Source: Macrostomum lignano
Lineage: Eukaryota
Direction: 5' to 3'
Length of the DNA: 64,000 nt
NCBI GenBank assembly: GCA_002269645.1
Contig: NIVC01001489.1
Location: forward strand, 159,801-223,800
Every line of letters starts with the position of its first letter. Position 1 is the stretch's first letter. Shown here piece by piece: positions 48,527 through 63,500 of this stretch. A program made the translations under genes and the position numbers. Below the pieces are notes generated by a model. It ran no database searches. It was not told the DNA's origin and worked only from the letters and a program-made list of their open reading frames with translations.

Positions 48527-48715
48527 GACGGTCTTTGTAGCAGACTGAGAGCCGGGCTAACAAACTTAATTAGCACGGTCTTTGTAGCAGACTGAGAGCC
48601 GGGCTAACAAACTTAATTAGCACGGTCTTTGTAGCAGACTGAGAGCCGGGCTAACAAACTTAATTAGCACGGTCTTTGTAGCAGACTGAGAGCCGGGCTA
48701 ACAAACTTAATTAGC
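48527..48715 (+). repeat. 47-bp near-perfect tandem repeat x4
   Basis: cacggtctttgtagcagactgagagccgggctaacaaacttaattag. Confidence 0.95.
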
Positions 48716-50206
48716 GACAATACGCCATTCGGCCAATAGACATGGAATTTTGAGCGAGCTACTTTTGAAAATTGTCAAGCATTTTGTAAAAGCTGCATGA
48801 AACAGAAGTAACTACAATTTGTCACTTGTCACACTTATCACTTGTTAAATTGTCACTTTTCATTTGTAGTTTTCTCATGAAATACACCCTGCACTGTTGG
48901 TCTTTTTGATATAGGAATGTGATCACAGTAGGGCCGGATACCAGAAGCCGGAGATCCTAAAACAAACCTTGAAGTCTCAGGGGTGGGGAGATCAGAAAGT
49001 ACCATCGTGATAACAAAGCAGCTATCATTTACCGACCCGAAAAATTTAGGACAGGTTGGTACCCCTTTGCTTGTCTAGCCAGCGCGTTGCCTCGTGTTTT
49101 GTCTTTGTTACTGTGGAGGCTTTAGCCAAGTAATTTCCAAAGTTCCTTACTTGTTGCTTATTCAATTTAATTTCTCCTCAATAAGCAGTGATATGACAAA
49201 AGGTTAAGGTCAGAACTAATTCGAACTGGCCTACCTCGTGAAAACCGATTAGCCACTTCTATACTTAATTATGCACAGCCATATCCATATGGCAACTCTG
49301 TCGTGCAACTGAAGCCACCAGAGATCAACAAAGGTGAACGGTCCTGACGACTGTGCATATCGGCGCTAGAACCCAGGGTCGCATTACCCATTTTGTCCTA
49401 TGCTTCAGCTAGGCCTATGTAATAACCAACCCAGTCAGCAATGCAACAGTTAGGCATCAAACCAAAAACAGTAAAAGACAGAGAAGGTTAAATAATTTTG
49501 TACAGCAAATTAGTGAGCTTTAGGACCGTGAGAAAATACAAGTAAGATTTATTGTAACGAGTGTGTGCTCACTGCTTATGTTTTGTTTACCGCGATGACA
49601 GCCACACATTTTAGACTGTAAGAGCAGAGTAGCCCTGTACTGCACCGAGGGCCAGCCCGCCTCATTTTTCAGTCTCTCCACTCCACATTGTCCGATGCAC
49701 TCAGCCTGCTGAATTTCCATGTACTACAAACCCTAATTGTCTCAGGCTGCCAGTCCTAGTGACGCTTTGTAGGACTTTTAAGCTCCACTCGACCAGTCCA
49801 CTTTCTCAGTCTGGTTTTGCACCTGCGAACCCTATAATTTAGAATTGCAATGTACGTTTCTCATTGGTCATTGGAGCCTCAAAAGCCTCAAGAAGGGTTT
49901 GAATAGTTGAATATAAAACTCATCGCATAAAAGCCGCGAAATGAAAATTGGTGGCACACAAAACCACAGACTTTTATCCCAGCTTTGCTCAGTTTAACTA
50001 TAGCCATAGTCTCGTCTTCTAATAAGTTCGGTGAGTGAATTAGCGATCATGCTCACTATCTGCATGCATAGTGATTGTTACTGTATTGCTCAAGGTTTGC
50101 AGCTTGAATAATCTTGAAGTTTAAAAAATAAAAGGTATCTATCTTGCCCCTCGTTATCTACGAAAGTTATGTATAGTTTTGAATGTTATTTTCTGGGCTC
50201 CCACAG

Positions 50207-51240
50207 CAGTGGCTGAGAGACAGGGGCACCCACCTATAGGAGACAGGGGCACCCACCTATAGCTGAGACAGGGGCACCCACCTAGGAGACAGGGGCACCC
50301 ACCTAGGAGACAGGGGCACCCACCTATAGCTGAGACAGGGGCACCCACCTATCGCTGAGACAAGGGCACCCACCTAGGAGACAGGGGCACCCACCTATAA
50401 GAGACAAGGGCACCCAAACTAGGAGACGGGACACCCACCTATAGGAGACAAGGGCACCCAAACTAGGAGACGGGGGCATCCACCTATAGGAGACAGGGGC
50501 ACCCAACCTAGGAGACGGGACACCCACCTATAGGAGACAGGGGCACCCAACCTAGGAGACGGGACACCCACCTATAGGAGACAAGGGCACCCAACCTAGC
50601 AGACGGGACACCCACCTATAGGAGACAAGGGCACCCAAACTAGGAGACGGGGGCACCCACCTATAGGAGACAGGGGCACCCAACCTAGGAGACAGGGGCA
50701 GTGGGGGCACCCAACCTAGGAGACGGGGGCAGTGGGGGCACCCAACCTAGGAGACAGGGGCAGTGGGGGCACCCAACCTAGGAGACAGGGGCAGTGGGGG
50801 CACACAACCTAGGAGACGGGACACCCACCTATAGGAGACAAGGGCACCCAACCTAGGAGACGGGACACCCACCTATAGGAGACAAGGGCACCCAACCTAG
50901 GAGACGGGACACCCACCTATAGGAGACAAGGGCACCCAAACTAGGAGACAGGGGCAGTGGGGGCACCCAACCTAGGAGACAGGGGCAGTGGGGGCACCCA
51001 ACCTAGGAGACAGGGGCAGTGGGGGCACCCAACCTAGGAGACAGGGGCAGTGGGGGCACCCAACCTAGGAGACAGGGGCAGTGGGGGCACCCAACCTAGG
51101 AGACAGGGGCAGTGGGGGCACCCAACCTAGGAGACAGGGGCAGTGGGGGCACCCAACCTAGGAGACAGGGGCAGTGGGGGCACCCAACCTAGGAGACAGG
51201 GGCAGTGGGGGCACCCAACCTTGGAGACAGGGGCACCCAC
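50207..51240. repeat. Minisatellite array (ggagacaggggcacccacctata grading into ggagacaggggcagtgggggcacccaaccta)
   Basis: Units of ~19-31 bp, with the variant switching along the array. Confidence 0.92.
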
Positions 51241-51582
51241 TAAGAGTCAAGGGTGCTCATCAAGAGACAGGGAGCGCCCACAAAAACAACAAATTGTGGC
51301 ACCCCTAAGGGTTGCGGCCCCTCCAATTCAAATCTATGCGTATCCCTAGCTACGATTTGTACACTAGCTGGTGCCTCTTATTTATTAAGGTTGCTAATTA
51401 CTTTCCAATTTTTAATTTCTAACTGTTTACCGAAAACTTTCTTTTCTAAAGAAAGCAAATTTATTCGGTAAACATTTCACAGGCTCAAGTAACTCTGCGC
51501 TATAAACTTGCCGATAGTTTTCTAGCGAGAATAATGCAATTATTACATATGAAAATGAACACAAAATTTTAGTTTCACAAAA

Positions 51583-54500
51583 ATGGCAGGCGCCATGCTG
51601 GGACTCTGGCTGGTGCTGCAGCTGCTGCTAACCGGACCTCAAGACGTATTGGCGATTGGAAATTGTTCGGATGCAGTAAGCGATTGACTGACTCACTGGC
51701 TTATGTAGAATTGCAGTGGCGTAGCTAGGATTTTGAAATGGAGGGATAACTGAAAATGTCGAAGCCATAGTCAAATAGAATAGTGTTTTTGTAATTTTTG
51801 CTTTACGTATGCATTAAAAAAGTACCTTTATCATTACTGATAGGCTAAAAAACTTTCTTAACTTTCTAAAAATACTGAAAAAGCCGTCAGACATCTGCCC
51901 TGTGACTACGGCATTTTGGGAACTCAGGATTCGCGGAAACATCGTTGTATCCCCCACCTCAGCGACGCAACTGTAGAATTGTTACATTATAAACATTTCT
52001 TAAAAATAATGCTTAATTACACCGTAAAATGTGTCAACTTGAGCACGTTCTATGAATTACCTCATTACCTACACTGGGGTGCAAAGAACTCAAGAAAAAA
52101 GTTTAGCGTTTAACTATGGGAGGGCCCGTCGACTCTGTTCGTTATCAGTTGAGCCAACAAATCGCATGATTCATGCAAACATGGACATTTAAAAGCCGTG
52201 TGACCACGTGCATTTTAATCATTTTTATGCCGTCTTAAATTATCATAAAAAGTTACAAGTACACAAGCCAATTACAAAATTAATGCATCTCAGGTGTGTG
52301 GAAAGTGCTCTCGGGTGTCAACACTTAAAAGTTAACTTGGAGTGAACGGGTATGTCTCTCTATTCACCAAGTAGGCCAAGGATCTGCCAGACTCGTAAAA
52401 TCTTGTAGGAAAATAAACATCCACAGTCCTCAAAAAAACTGTTCAGTATAACAAATACGATCCTACACAAAAAATTAGGCGCAAGCTATAAATTACTTTA
52501 CACAATCAATACCTCAGTGTTTTTAAACATGTAAAAATATTAAAGCGGACGCAAAATTTTAGACTCAAATGTACTGCCCAACAACGAAATTCTGCAAAAC
52601 TATAGAGATCTGCGTCGAAGAACTTCAAACCATCGAAAAAAACTGTTCCGAACGAAACATGGTGAGCATGAGAATGCATGTCTGATTCTAATCGAAGAGA
52701 AGTGACTCATGCGTTCAAAACTTAAAACACACTTTCCGCAGAACTTCTGTCCGAAACAAGGATTCTGCTACAACCGAACGCTTTACCTGCCTTGGTCCAC
52801 TTGTGACTATGCGAGTGAGAGATGCGACAATTTTACAGACTCAAGCGAGCCTGTCGAACTGGGCCGCTGCTATGGTGGATTCAACTTGTGTCTGGAAAAG
52901 AAGCAGTGCGACCAGGTGTCAGCGAAGAGGTCGTGCCCAAACAACAAGACCATAATCACATCGGTCTCGCCGACTAACTCCTGCTTCGTGCCTGCGACGC
53001 TGAATGTTCGCTTCACCGTTGTGCAGCAGGTAGGTCCACCAGTGATGAGACTCGGGTCCCACCGGCTCGACAACAGCCGCATCGGTCAGGAGATTCAGCT
53101 CAACAGATTACTCGACAACAACAGCTGCGTGAGCGCAGACGCACTGGGAATGTCTAGCTACGCTGGCTACAATGCGACAATTTCGTGGGTTACGCTGAAG
53201 ATGCGCTTCGTCGACAAGGACAACAACTTGGTTGCCGAGTGTCAGCCTACCTACGGATTCCTGGTTCCGCCGAAGCCAGTACCATCAATTGGCTTCCCGA
53301 CAGTGGTAGTGCGAAAGAACGGCACCGCCACTATGTACGACTATCTGTATCCGGGAAATATTCTGAACGCTACTATCGACAAGTCGAATGCATCCGCACC
53401 GTGGTGCGACAGTCTCGGTCGCTCCGAGTTTCCTGGACCCGGACCCAATGACCAGATTCGTCGGCTATGCCGAGAAGGGCCGAGGAAAGCCGCCTACTGC
53501 TATATTGAAGCACCGAGACTATATACCGCCTATTCGTTCTACACCTACTCTTATTATGGTGGCGCTCCTACCAAACAGTTTGGCTCTGGATATCTCCTGT
53601 TATCGATTGAAAATGTGCGCATGAGTTTGCACCTCAGACAGCCAGGCGATGCGAATCTGACATGCAGATTGTGGAACGGACTGCTGCCGATGCGCGACAC
53701 GTCTCCGGCTGACAGAAGCTACTTTGGAGACGAGATTCTCCGAGTCGAGTACAGGCTAGGCTGCTCCTACGGCTACGAGCCCTGCCTTGTAACTAAAAAC
53801 TGCGTCCGAGTTGGAAGTCCTTGTAGAGAGCAGCTCAATTGCAGCATGGTGAGTCTTGAATTTTGTGCACAATTTAAAATTTAATTATTACAGTACTTTC
53901 AAAGTATTGGTTAGAGCTAACTTGCAAATGAAAATACTATGCTTTTCAGGGAACGATCGACTGCCCAGCGGCGAATAGCTGCGCAAACATCAGCTCGTGC
54001 ATTGACAGTATGATTGCGATGGAGAAGAACTGCGCAGCAATCGACCAGGCAAGTACAATATTTATACCTTTTAATTACATGGTTACATACAATTGTAGAG
54101 TAAGCCTAGCGCGTTACATACGTTTCGCTAGTTGGCCTAGAAAATTCAGTGATATACTCGTATACATGTCTAGACGCATTGAAACACACTTTCTACAGAA
54201 ATTCTGTCCGAAACAAGGATTCTGCTACAACCGAACGCTTTACCTGCCTTGGTCCACTTGTGACTATGCGAGTGAGAGATGCGACAATTTTACAGACTCA
54301 AGCGAGCCTGTCGAACTGGGCCGCTGCTATGGTGGATTCAACTTGTGTCTGGAAAAGAAGCAGTGCGACCAGGTGTCAGCGAAGAGGTCGTGCCCAAACA
54401 ACAAGACCATAATCACATCGGTCTCGCCGACTAACTCCTGCTTCGTGCCTGCGACGCTGAATGTTCGCTTCACCGTTGTGCAGCAGGTAGGTCCACCAGT

Positions 54501-57500
54501 GATGAGACTCGGGTCCCACCGGCTCGACAACAGCCGCATCGGTCAGGAGATTCAGCTCAACAGATTACTCGACAACAACAGCTGCGTGAGCGCAGACGCA
54601 CTGGGAATGTCTAGCTACGCTGGCTACAATGCGACAATTTCGTGGGTTACGCTGAAGATGCGCTTCGTCGACAAGGACAACAACTTGGTTGCCGAGTGTC
54701 AGCCTACCTACGGATTCCTGGTTCCGCCGAAGCCAGTACCATCAATTGGCTTCCCGACAGTGGTAGTGCGAAAGAACGGCACCGCCACTATGTACGACTA
54801 TCTGTATCCGGGAAATATTCTGAACGCTACTATCGACAAGTCGAATGCATCCGCACCGTGGTGCGACAGTCTCGGTCGCTCCGAGTTTCCTGGACCCGGA
54901 CCCAATGACCAGATTCGTCGGCTATGCCGAGAAGGGCCGAGGAAAGCCGCCTACTGCTATATTGAAGCACCGAGACTATATACCGCCTATTCGTTCTACA
55001 CCTACTCTTATTATGGTGGCGCTCCTACCAAACAGTTTGGCTCTGGATATCTCCTGTTATCGATTGAAAATGTGCGCATGAGTTTGCACCTCAGACAGCC
55101 AGGCGATGCGAATCTGACATGCAGATTGTGGAACGGACTGCTGCCGATGCGCGACACGTCTCCGGCTGACAGAAGCTACTTTGGAGACGAGATTCTCCGA
55201 GTCGAGTACAGGCTAGGCTGCTCCTACGGCTACGAGCCCTGCCTTGTAACTAAAAACTGCGTCCGAGTTGGAAGTCCTTGTAGAGAGCAGCTCAATTGCA
55301 GCATGGTGAGTCTTGAATTTTGTGCACAATTTAAAATTTAATTATTACAGTACTTTCAAAGTATTGGTTAGAGCTAACTTGCAAATGAAAATACTATGCT
55401 TTTCAGGGAACGATCGACTGCCCAGCGGCGAATAGCTGCGCAAACATCAGCTCGTGCATTGACAGTATGATTGCGATGGAGAAGAACTGCGCAGCAATCG
55501 ACCAGGCAAGTACAATATTTATACCTTTTAATTACATGGTTACATACAATTGTAGAGTAAGCCTAGCGCGTTACATACGTTTCGCTAGTTGGCCTAGAAA
55601 ATTCAGTGATATACTCGTATACATGTCTAGACGCATTGAAACACACTTTCTACAGAAATTCTGTCCGAAACAAGGATTCTGCTACAACCGAACGCTTTAC
55701 CTGCCTTGGTCCACTTGTGACTATGCGAGTGAGAGATGCGACAATTTTACAGACTCAAGCGAGCCTGTCGAACTGGGCCGCTGCTATGGTGGATTCAACT
55801 TGTGTCTGGAAAAGAAGCAGTGCGACCAGGTGTCAGCGAAGAGGTCGTGCCCAAACAACAAGACCATAATCACATCGGTCTCGCCGACTAACTCCTGCTT
55901 CGTGCCTGCGACGCTGAATGTTCGCTTCACCGTTGTGCAGCAGGTAGGTCCACCAGTGATGAGACTCGGGTCCCACCGGCTCGACAACAGCCGCATCGGT
56001 CAGGAGATTCAGCTCAACAGATTACTCGACAACAACAGCTGCGTGAGCGCAGACGCACTGGGAATGTCTAGCTACGCTGGCTACAATGCGACAATTTCGT
56101 GGGTTACGCTGAAGATGCGCTTCGTCGACAAGGACAACAACTTGGTTGCCGAGTGTCAGCCTACCTACGGATTCCTGGTTCCGCCGAAGCCAGTACCATC
56201 AATTGGCTTCCCGACAGTGGTAGTGCGAAAGAACGGCACCGCCACTATGTACGACTATCTGTATCCGGGAAATATTCTGAACGCTACTATCGACAAGTCG
56301 AATGCATCCGCACCGTGGTGCGACAGTCTCGGTCGCTCCGAGTTTCCTGGACCCGGACCCAATGACCAGATTCGTCGGCTATGCCGAGAAGGGCCGAGGA
56401 AAGCCGCCTACTGCTATATTGAAGCACCGAGACTATATACCGCCTATTCGTTCTACACCTACTCTTATTATGGTGGCGCTCCTACCAAACAGTTTGGCTC
56501 TGGATATCTCCTGTTATCGATTGAAAATGTGCGCATGAGTTTGCACCTCAGACAGCCAGGCGATGCGAATCTGACATGCAGATTGTGGAACGGACTGCTG
56601 CCGATGCGCGACACGTCTCCGGCTGACAGAAGCTACTTTGGAGACGAGATTCTCCGAGTCGAGTACAGGCTAGGCTGCTCCTACGGCTACGAGCCCTGCC
56701 TTGTAACTAAAAACTGCGTCCGAGTTGGAAGTCCTTGTAGAGAGCAGCTCAATTGCAGCATGGTGAGTCTTGAATTTTGTGCACAATTTAAAATTTATTA
56801 TTACAGTACTTTCAAAGTATTGGTTAGAGCTAACTTGCAAATGAAAATACTATGCTTTTCAGGGAACGATCGACTGCCCAGCGGCGAATAGCTGCGCAAA
56901 CATCAGCTCGTGCATTGACAGTATGATTGCGATGGAGAAGAACTGCGCAGCAATCGACCAGGCAAGTACAATATTTATACCTTTTAATTACATGGTTACA
57001 TACAATTGTAGAGTAAGCCTAGCGCGTTACATACGTTTCGCTAGTTGGCCTAGAAAATTCAGTGATATACTCGTATACATGTCTAGACGCATTGAAACAC
57101 ACTTTCTACAGAAATTCTGTCCGAAACAAGGATTCTGCTACAACCGAACGCTTTACCTGCCTTGGTCCACTTGTGACTATGCGAGTGAGAGATGCGACAA
57201 TTTTACAGACTCAAGCGAGCCTGTCGAACTGGGCCGCTGCTATGGTGGATTCAACTTGTGTCTGGAAAAGAAGCAGTGCGACCAGGTGTCAGCGAAGAGG
57301 TCGTGCCCAAACAACAAGACCATAATCACATCGGTCTCGCCGACTAACTCCTGCTTCGTGCCTGCGACGCTGAATGTTCGCTTCACCGTTGTGCAGCAGG
57401 TAGGTCCACCAGTGATGAGACTCGGGTCCCACCGGCTCGACAACAGCCGCATCGGTCAGGAGATTCAGCTCAACAGATTACTCGACAACAACAGCTGCGT

Positions 57501-60500
57501 GAGCGCAGACGCACTGGGAATGTCTAGCTACGCTGGCTACAATGCGACAATTTCGTGGGTTACGCTGAAGATGCGCTTCGTCGACAAGGACAACAACTTG
57601 GTTGCCGAGTGTCAGCCTACCTACGGATTCCTGGTTCCGCCGAAGCCAGTACCATCAATTGGCTTCCCGACAGTGGTAGTGCGAAAGAACGGCACCGCCA
57701 CTATGTACGACTATCTGTATCCGGGAAATATTCTGAACGCTACTATCGACAAGTCGAATGCATCCGCACCGTGGTGCGACAGTCTCGGTCGCTCCGAGTT
57801 TCCTGGACCCGGACCCAATGACCAGATTCGTCGGCTATGCCGAGAAGGGCCGAGGAAAGCCGCCTACTGCTATATTGAAGCACCGAGACTCTATACCGCC
57901 TATTCGTTCTACACCTACTCTTATTATGGTGGCGCTCCTACCAAACAGTTTGGCTCTGGATATCTCCTGTTATCGATTGAAAATGTGCGCATGAGTTTGC
58001 ACCTCAGACAGCCAGGCGATGCGAATCTGACATGCAGATTGTGGAACGGACTGCTGCCGATGCGCGACACGTCTCCGGCTGACAGAAGCTACTTTGGAGA
58101 CGAGATTCTCCGAGTCGAGTACAGGCTAGGCTGCTCCTACGGCTACGAGCCCTGCCTTGTAACTAAAAACTGCGTCCGAGTTGGAAGTCCTTGTAGAGAG
58201 CAGCTCAATTGCAGCATGGTGAGTCTTGAATTTTGTGCACAATTTAAAATTTAATTATTACAGTACTTTCAAAGTATTGGTTAGAGCTAACTTGCAAATG
58301 AAAATACTATGCTTTTCAGGGAACGATCGACTGCCCAGCGGCGAATAGCTGCGCAAACATCAGCTCGTGCATTGACAGTATGATTGCGATGGAGAAGAAC
58401 TGCGCAGCAATCGACCAGGCAAGTACAATATTTATACCTTTTAATTACATGGTTACATACAATTGTAGAGTAAGCCTAGCGCGTTACATACGTTTCGCTA
58501 GTTGGCCTAGAAAATTCAGTGATATACTCGTATACATGTCTAGACGCATTGAAACACACTTTCTACAGAAATTCTGTCCGAAACAAGGATTCTGCTACAA
58601 CCGAACGCTTTACCTGCCTTGGTCCACTTGTGACTATGCGAGTGAGAGATGCGACAATTTTACAGACTCAAGCGAGCCTGTCGAACTGGGCCGCTGCTAT
58701 GGTGGATTCAACTTGTGTCTGGAAAAGAAGCAGTGCGACCAGGTGTCAGCGAAGAGGTCGTGCCCAAACAACAAGACCATAATCACATCGGTCTCGCCGA
58801 CTAACTCCTGCTTCGTGCCTGCGACGCTGAATGTTCGCTTCACCGTTGTGCAGCAGGTAGGTCCACCAGTGATGAGACTCGGGTCCCACCGGCTCGACAA
58901 CAGCCGCATCGGTCAGGAGATTCAGCTCAACAGATTACTCGACAACAACAGCTGCGTGAGCGCAGACGCACTGGGAATGTCTAGCTACGCTGGCTACAAT
59001 GCGACAATTTCGTGGGTTACGCTGAAGATGCGCTTCGTCGACAAGGACAACAACTTGGTTGCCGAGTGTCAGCCTACCTACGGATTCCTGGTTCCGCCGA
59101 AGCCAGTACCATCAATTGGCTTCCCGACAGTGGTAGTGCGAAAGAACGGCACCGCCACTATGTACGACTATCTGTATCCGGGAAATATTCTGAACGCTAC
59201 TATCGACAAGTCGAATGCATCCGCACCGTGGTGCGACAGTCTCGGTCGCTCCGAGTTTCCTGGACCCGGACCCAATGACCAGATTCGTCGGCTATGCCGA
59301 GAAGGGCCGAGGAAAGCCGCCTACTGCTATATTGAAGCACCGAGACTCTATACCGCCTATTCGTTCTACACCTACTCTTATTATGGTGGCGCTCCTACCA
59401 AACAGTTTGGCTCTGGATATCTCCTGTTATCGATTGAAAATGTGCGCATGAGTTTGCACCTCAGACAGCCAGGCGATGCGAATCTGACATGCAGATTGTG
59501 GAACGGACTGCTGCCGATGCGCGACACGTCTCCGGCTGACAGAAGCTACTTTGGAGACGAGATTCTCCGAGTCGAGTACAGGCTAGGCTGCTCCTACGGC
59601 TACGAGCCCTGCCTTGTAACTAAAAACTGCGTCCGAGTTGGAAGTCCTTGTAGAGAGCAGCTCAATTGCAGCATGGTGAGTCTTGAATTTTGTGCACAAT
59701 TTAAAATTTAATTATTACAGTACTTTCAAAGTATTGGTTAGAGCTAACTTGCAAATGAAAATACTATGCTTTTCAGGGAACGATCGACTGCCCAGCGGCG
59801 AATAGCTGCGCAAACATCAGCTCGTGCATTGACAGTATGATTGCGATGGAGAAGAACTGCGCAGCAATCGACCAGGCAAGTACAATATTTATACCTTTTA
59901 ATTACATGGTTACATACAATTGTAGAGTAAGCCTAGCGCGTTACATACGTTTCGCTAGTTGGCCTAGAAAATTCAGTGATATACTCGTATACATGTCTAG
60001 ACGCATTGAAACACACTTTCTACAGAAATTCTGTCCGAAACAAGGATTCTGCTACAACCGAACGCTTTACCTGCCTTGGTCCACTTGTGACTATGCGAGT
60101 GAGAGATGCGACAATTTTACAGACTCAAGCGAGCCTGTCGAACTGGGCCGCTGCTATGGTGGATTCAACTTGTGTCTGGAAAAGAAGCAGTGCGACCAGG
60201 TGTCAGCGAAGAGGTCGTGCCCAAACAACAAGACCATAATCACATCGGTCTCGCCGACTAACTCCTGCTTCGTGCCTGCGACGCTGAATGTTCGCTTCAC
60301 CGTTGTGCAGCAGGTAGGTCCACCAGTGATGAGACTCGGGTCCCACCGGCTCGACAACAGCCGCATCGGTCAGGAGATTCAGCTCAACAGATTACTCGAC
60401 AACAACAGCTGCGTGAGCGCAGACGCACTGGGAATGTCTAGCTACGCTGGCTACAATGCGACAATTTCGTGGGTTACGCTGAAGATGCGCTTCGTCGACA

Positions 60501-63500
60501 AGGACAACAACTTGGTTGCCGAGTGTCAGCCTACCTACGGATTCCTGGTTCCGCCGAAGCCAGTACCATCAATTGGCTTCCCGACAGTGGTAGTGCGAAA
60601 GAACGGCACCGCCACTATGTACGACTATCTGTATCCGGGAAATATTCTGAACGCTACTATCGACAAGTCGAATGCATCCGCACCGTGGTGCGACAGTCTC
60701 GGTCGCTCCGAGTTTCCTGGACCCGGACCCAATGACCAGATTCGTCGGCTATGCCGAGAAGGGCCGAGGAAAGCCGCCTACTGCTATATTGAAGCACCGA
60801 GACTCTATACCGCCTATTCGTTCTACACCTACTCTTATTATGGTGGCGCTCCTACCAAACAGTTTGGCTCTGGATATCTCCTGTTATCGATTGAAAATGT
60901 GCGCATGAGTTTGCACCTCAGACAGCCAGGCGATGCGAATCTGACATGCAGATTGTGGAACGGACTGCTGCCGATGCGCGACACGTCTCCGGCTGACAGA
61001 AGCTACTTTGGAGACGAGATTCTCCGAGTCGAGTACAGGCTAGGCTGCTCCTACGGCTACGAGCCCTGCCTTGTAACTAAAAACTGCGTCCGAGTTGGAA
61101 GTCCTTGTAGAGAGCAGCTCAATTGCAGCATGGTGAGTCTTGAATTTTGTGCACAATTTAAAATTTATTATTACAGTACTTTCAAAGTATTGGTTAGAGC
61201 TAACTTGCAAATGAAAATACTATGCTTTTCAGGGAACGATCGACTGCCCAGCGGCGAATAGCTGCGCAAACATCAGCTCGTGCATTGACAGTATGATTGC
61301 GATGGAGAAGAACTGCGCAGCAATCGACCAGGCAAGTACAATATTTATACCTTTTAATTACATGGTTACATACAATTGTAGAGTAAGCCTAGCGCGTTAC
61401 ATACGTTTCGCTAGTTGGCCTAGAAAATTCAGTGATATACTCGTATACATGTCTAGACGCATTGAAACACACTTTCTACAGAAATTCTGTCCGAAACAAG
61501 GATTCTGCTACAACCGAACGCTTTACCTGCCTTGGTCCACTTGTGACTATGCGAGTGAGAGATGCGACAATTTTACAGACTCAAGCGAGCCTGTCGAACT
61601 GGGCCGCTGCTATGGTGGATTCAACTTGTGTCTGGAAAAGAAGCAGTGCGACCAGGTGTCAGCGAAGAGGTCGTGCCCAAACAACAAGACCATAATCACA
61701 TCGGTCTCGCCGACTAACTCCTGCTTCGTGCCTGCGACGCTGAATGTTCGCTTCACCGTTGTGCAGCAGGTAGGTCCACCAGTGATGAGACTCGGGTCCC
61801 ACCGGCTCGACAACAGCCGCATCGGTCAGGAGATTCAGCTCAACAGATTACTCGACAACAACAGCTGCGTGAGCGCAGACGCACTGGGAATGTCTAGCTA
61901 CGCTGGCTACAATGCGACAATTTCGTGGGTTACGCTGAAGATGCGCTTCGTCGACAAGGACAACAACTTGGTTGCCGAGTGTCAGCCTACCTACGGATTC
62001 CTGGTTCCGCCGAAGCCAGTACCATCAATTGGCTTCCCGACAGTGGTAGTGCGAAAGAACGGCACCGCCACTATGTACGACTATCTGTATCCGGGAAATA
62101 TTCTGAACGCTACTATCGACAAGTCGAATGCATCCGCACCGTGGTGCGACAGTCTCGGTCGCTCCGAGTTTCCTGGACCCGGACCCAATGACCAGATTCG
62201 TCGGCTATGCCGAGAAGGGCCGAGGAAAGCCGCCTACTGCTATATTGAAGCACCGAGACTCTATACCGCCTATTCGTTCTACACCTACTCTTATTATGGT
62301 GGCGCTCCTACCAAACAGTTTGGCTCTGGATATCTCCTGTTATCGATTGAAAATGTGCGCATGAGTTTGCACCTCAGACAGCCAGGCGATGCGAATCTGA
62401 CATGCAGATTGTGGAACGGACTGCTGCCGATGCGCGACACGTCTCCGGCTGACAGAAGCTACTTTGGAGACGAGATTCTCCGAGTCGAGTACAGGCTAGG
62501 CTGCTCCTACGGCTACGAGCCCTGCCTTGTAACTAAAAACTGCGTCCGAGTTGGAAGTCCTTGTAGAGAGCAGCTCAATTGCAGCATGGTGAGTCTTGAA
62601 TTTTGTGCACAATTTAAAATTTTATTATTACAGTACTTTCAAAGTATTGGTTAGAGCTAACTTGCAAATGAAAATACTATGCTTTTCAGGGAACGATCGA
62701 CTGCCCAGCGGCGAATAGCTGCGCAAACATCAGCTCGTGCATTGACAGTATGATTGCGATGGAGAAGAACTGCGCAGCAATCGACCAGGCAAGTACAATA
62801 TTTATACCTTTTAATTACATGGTTACATACAATTGTAGAGTAAGCCTAGCGCGTTACATACGTTTCGCTAGTTGGCCTAGAAAATTCAGTGATATACTCG
62901 TATACATGTCTAGACGCATTGAAACACACTTTCTACAGAAATTCTGTCCGAAACAAGGATTCTGCTACAACCGAACGCTTTACCTGCCTTGGTCCACTTG
63001 TGACTATGCGAGTGAGAGATGCGACAATTTTACAGACTCAAGCGAGCCTGTCGAACTGGGCCGCTGCTATGGTGGATTCAACTTGTGTCTGGAAAAGAAG
63101 CAGTGCGACCAGGTGTCAGCGAAGAGGTCGTGCCCAAACAACAAGACCATAATCACATCGGTCTCGCCGACTAACTCCTGCTTCGTGCCTGCGACGCTGA
63201 ATGTTCGCTTCACCGTTGTGCAGCAGGTAGGTCCACCAGTGATGAGACTCGGGTCCCACCGGCTCGACAACAGCCGCATCGGTCAGGAGATTCAGCTCAA
63301 CAGATTACTCGACAACAACAGCTGCGTGAGCGCAGACGCACTGGGAATGTCTAGCTACGCTGGCTACAATGCGACAATTTCGTGGGTTACGCTGAAGATG
63401 CGCTTCGTCGACAAGGACAACAACTTGGTTGCCGAGTGTCAGCCTACCTACGGATTCCTGGTTCCGCCGAAGCCAGTACCATCAATTGGCTTCCCGACAG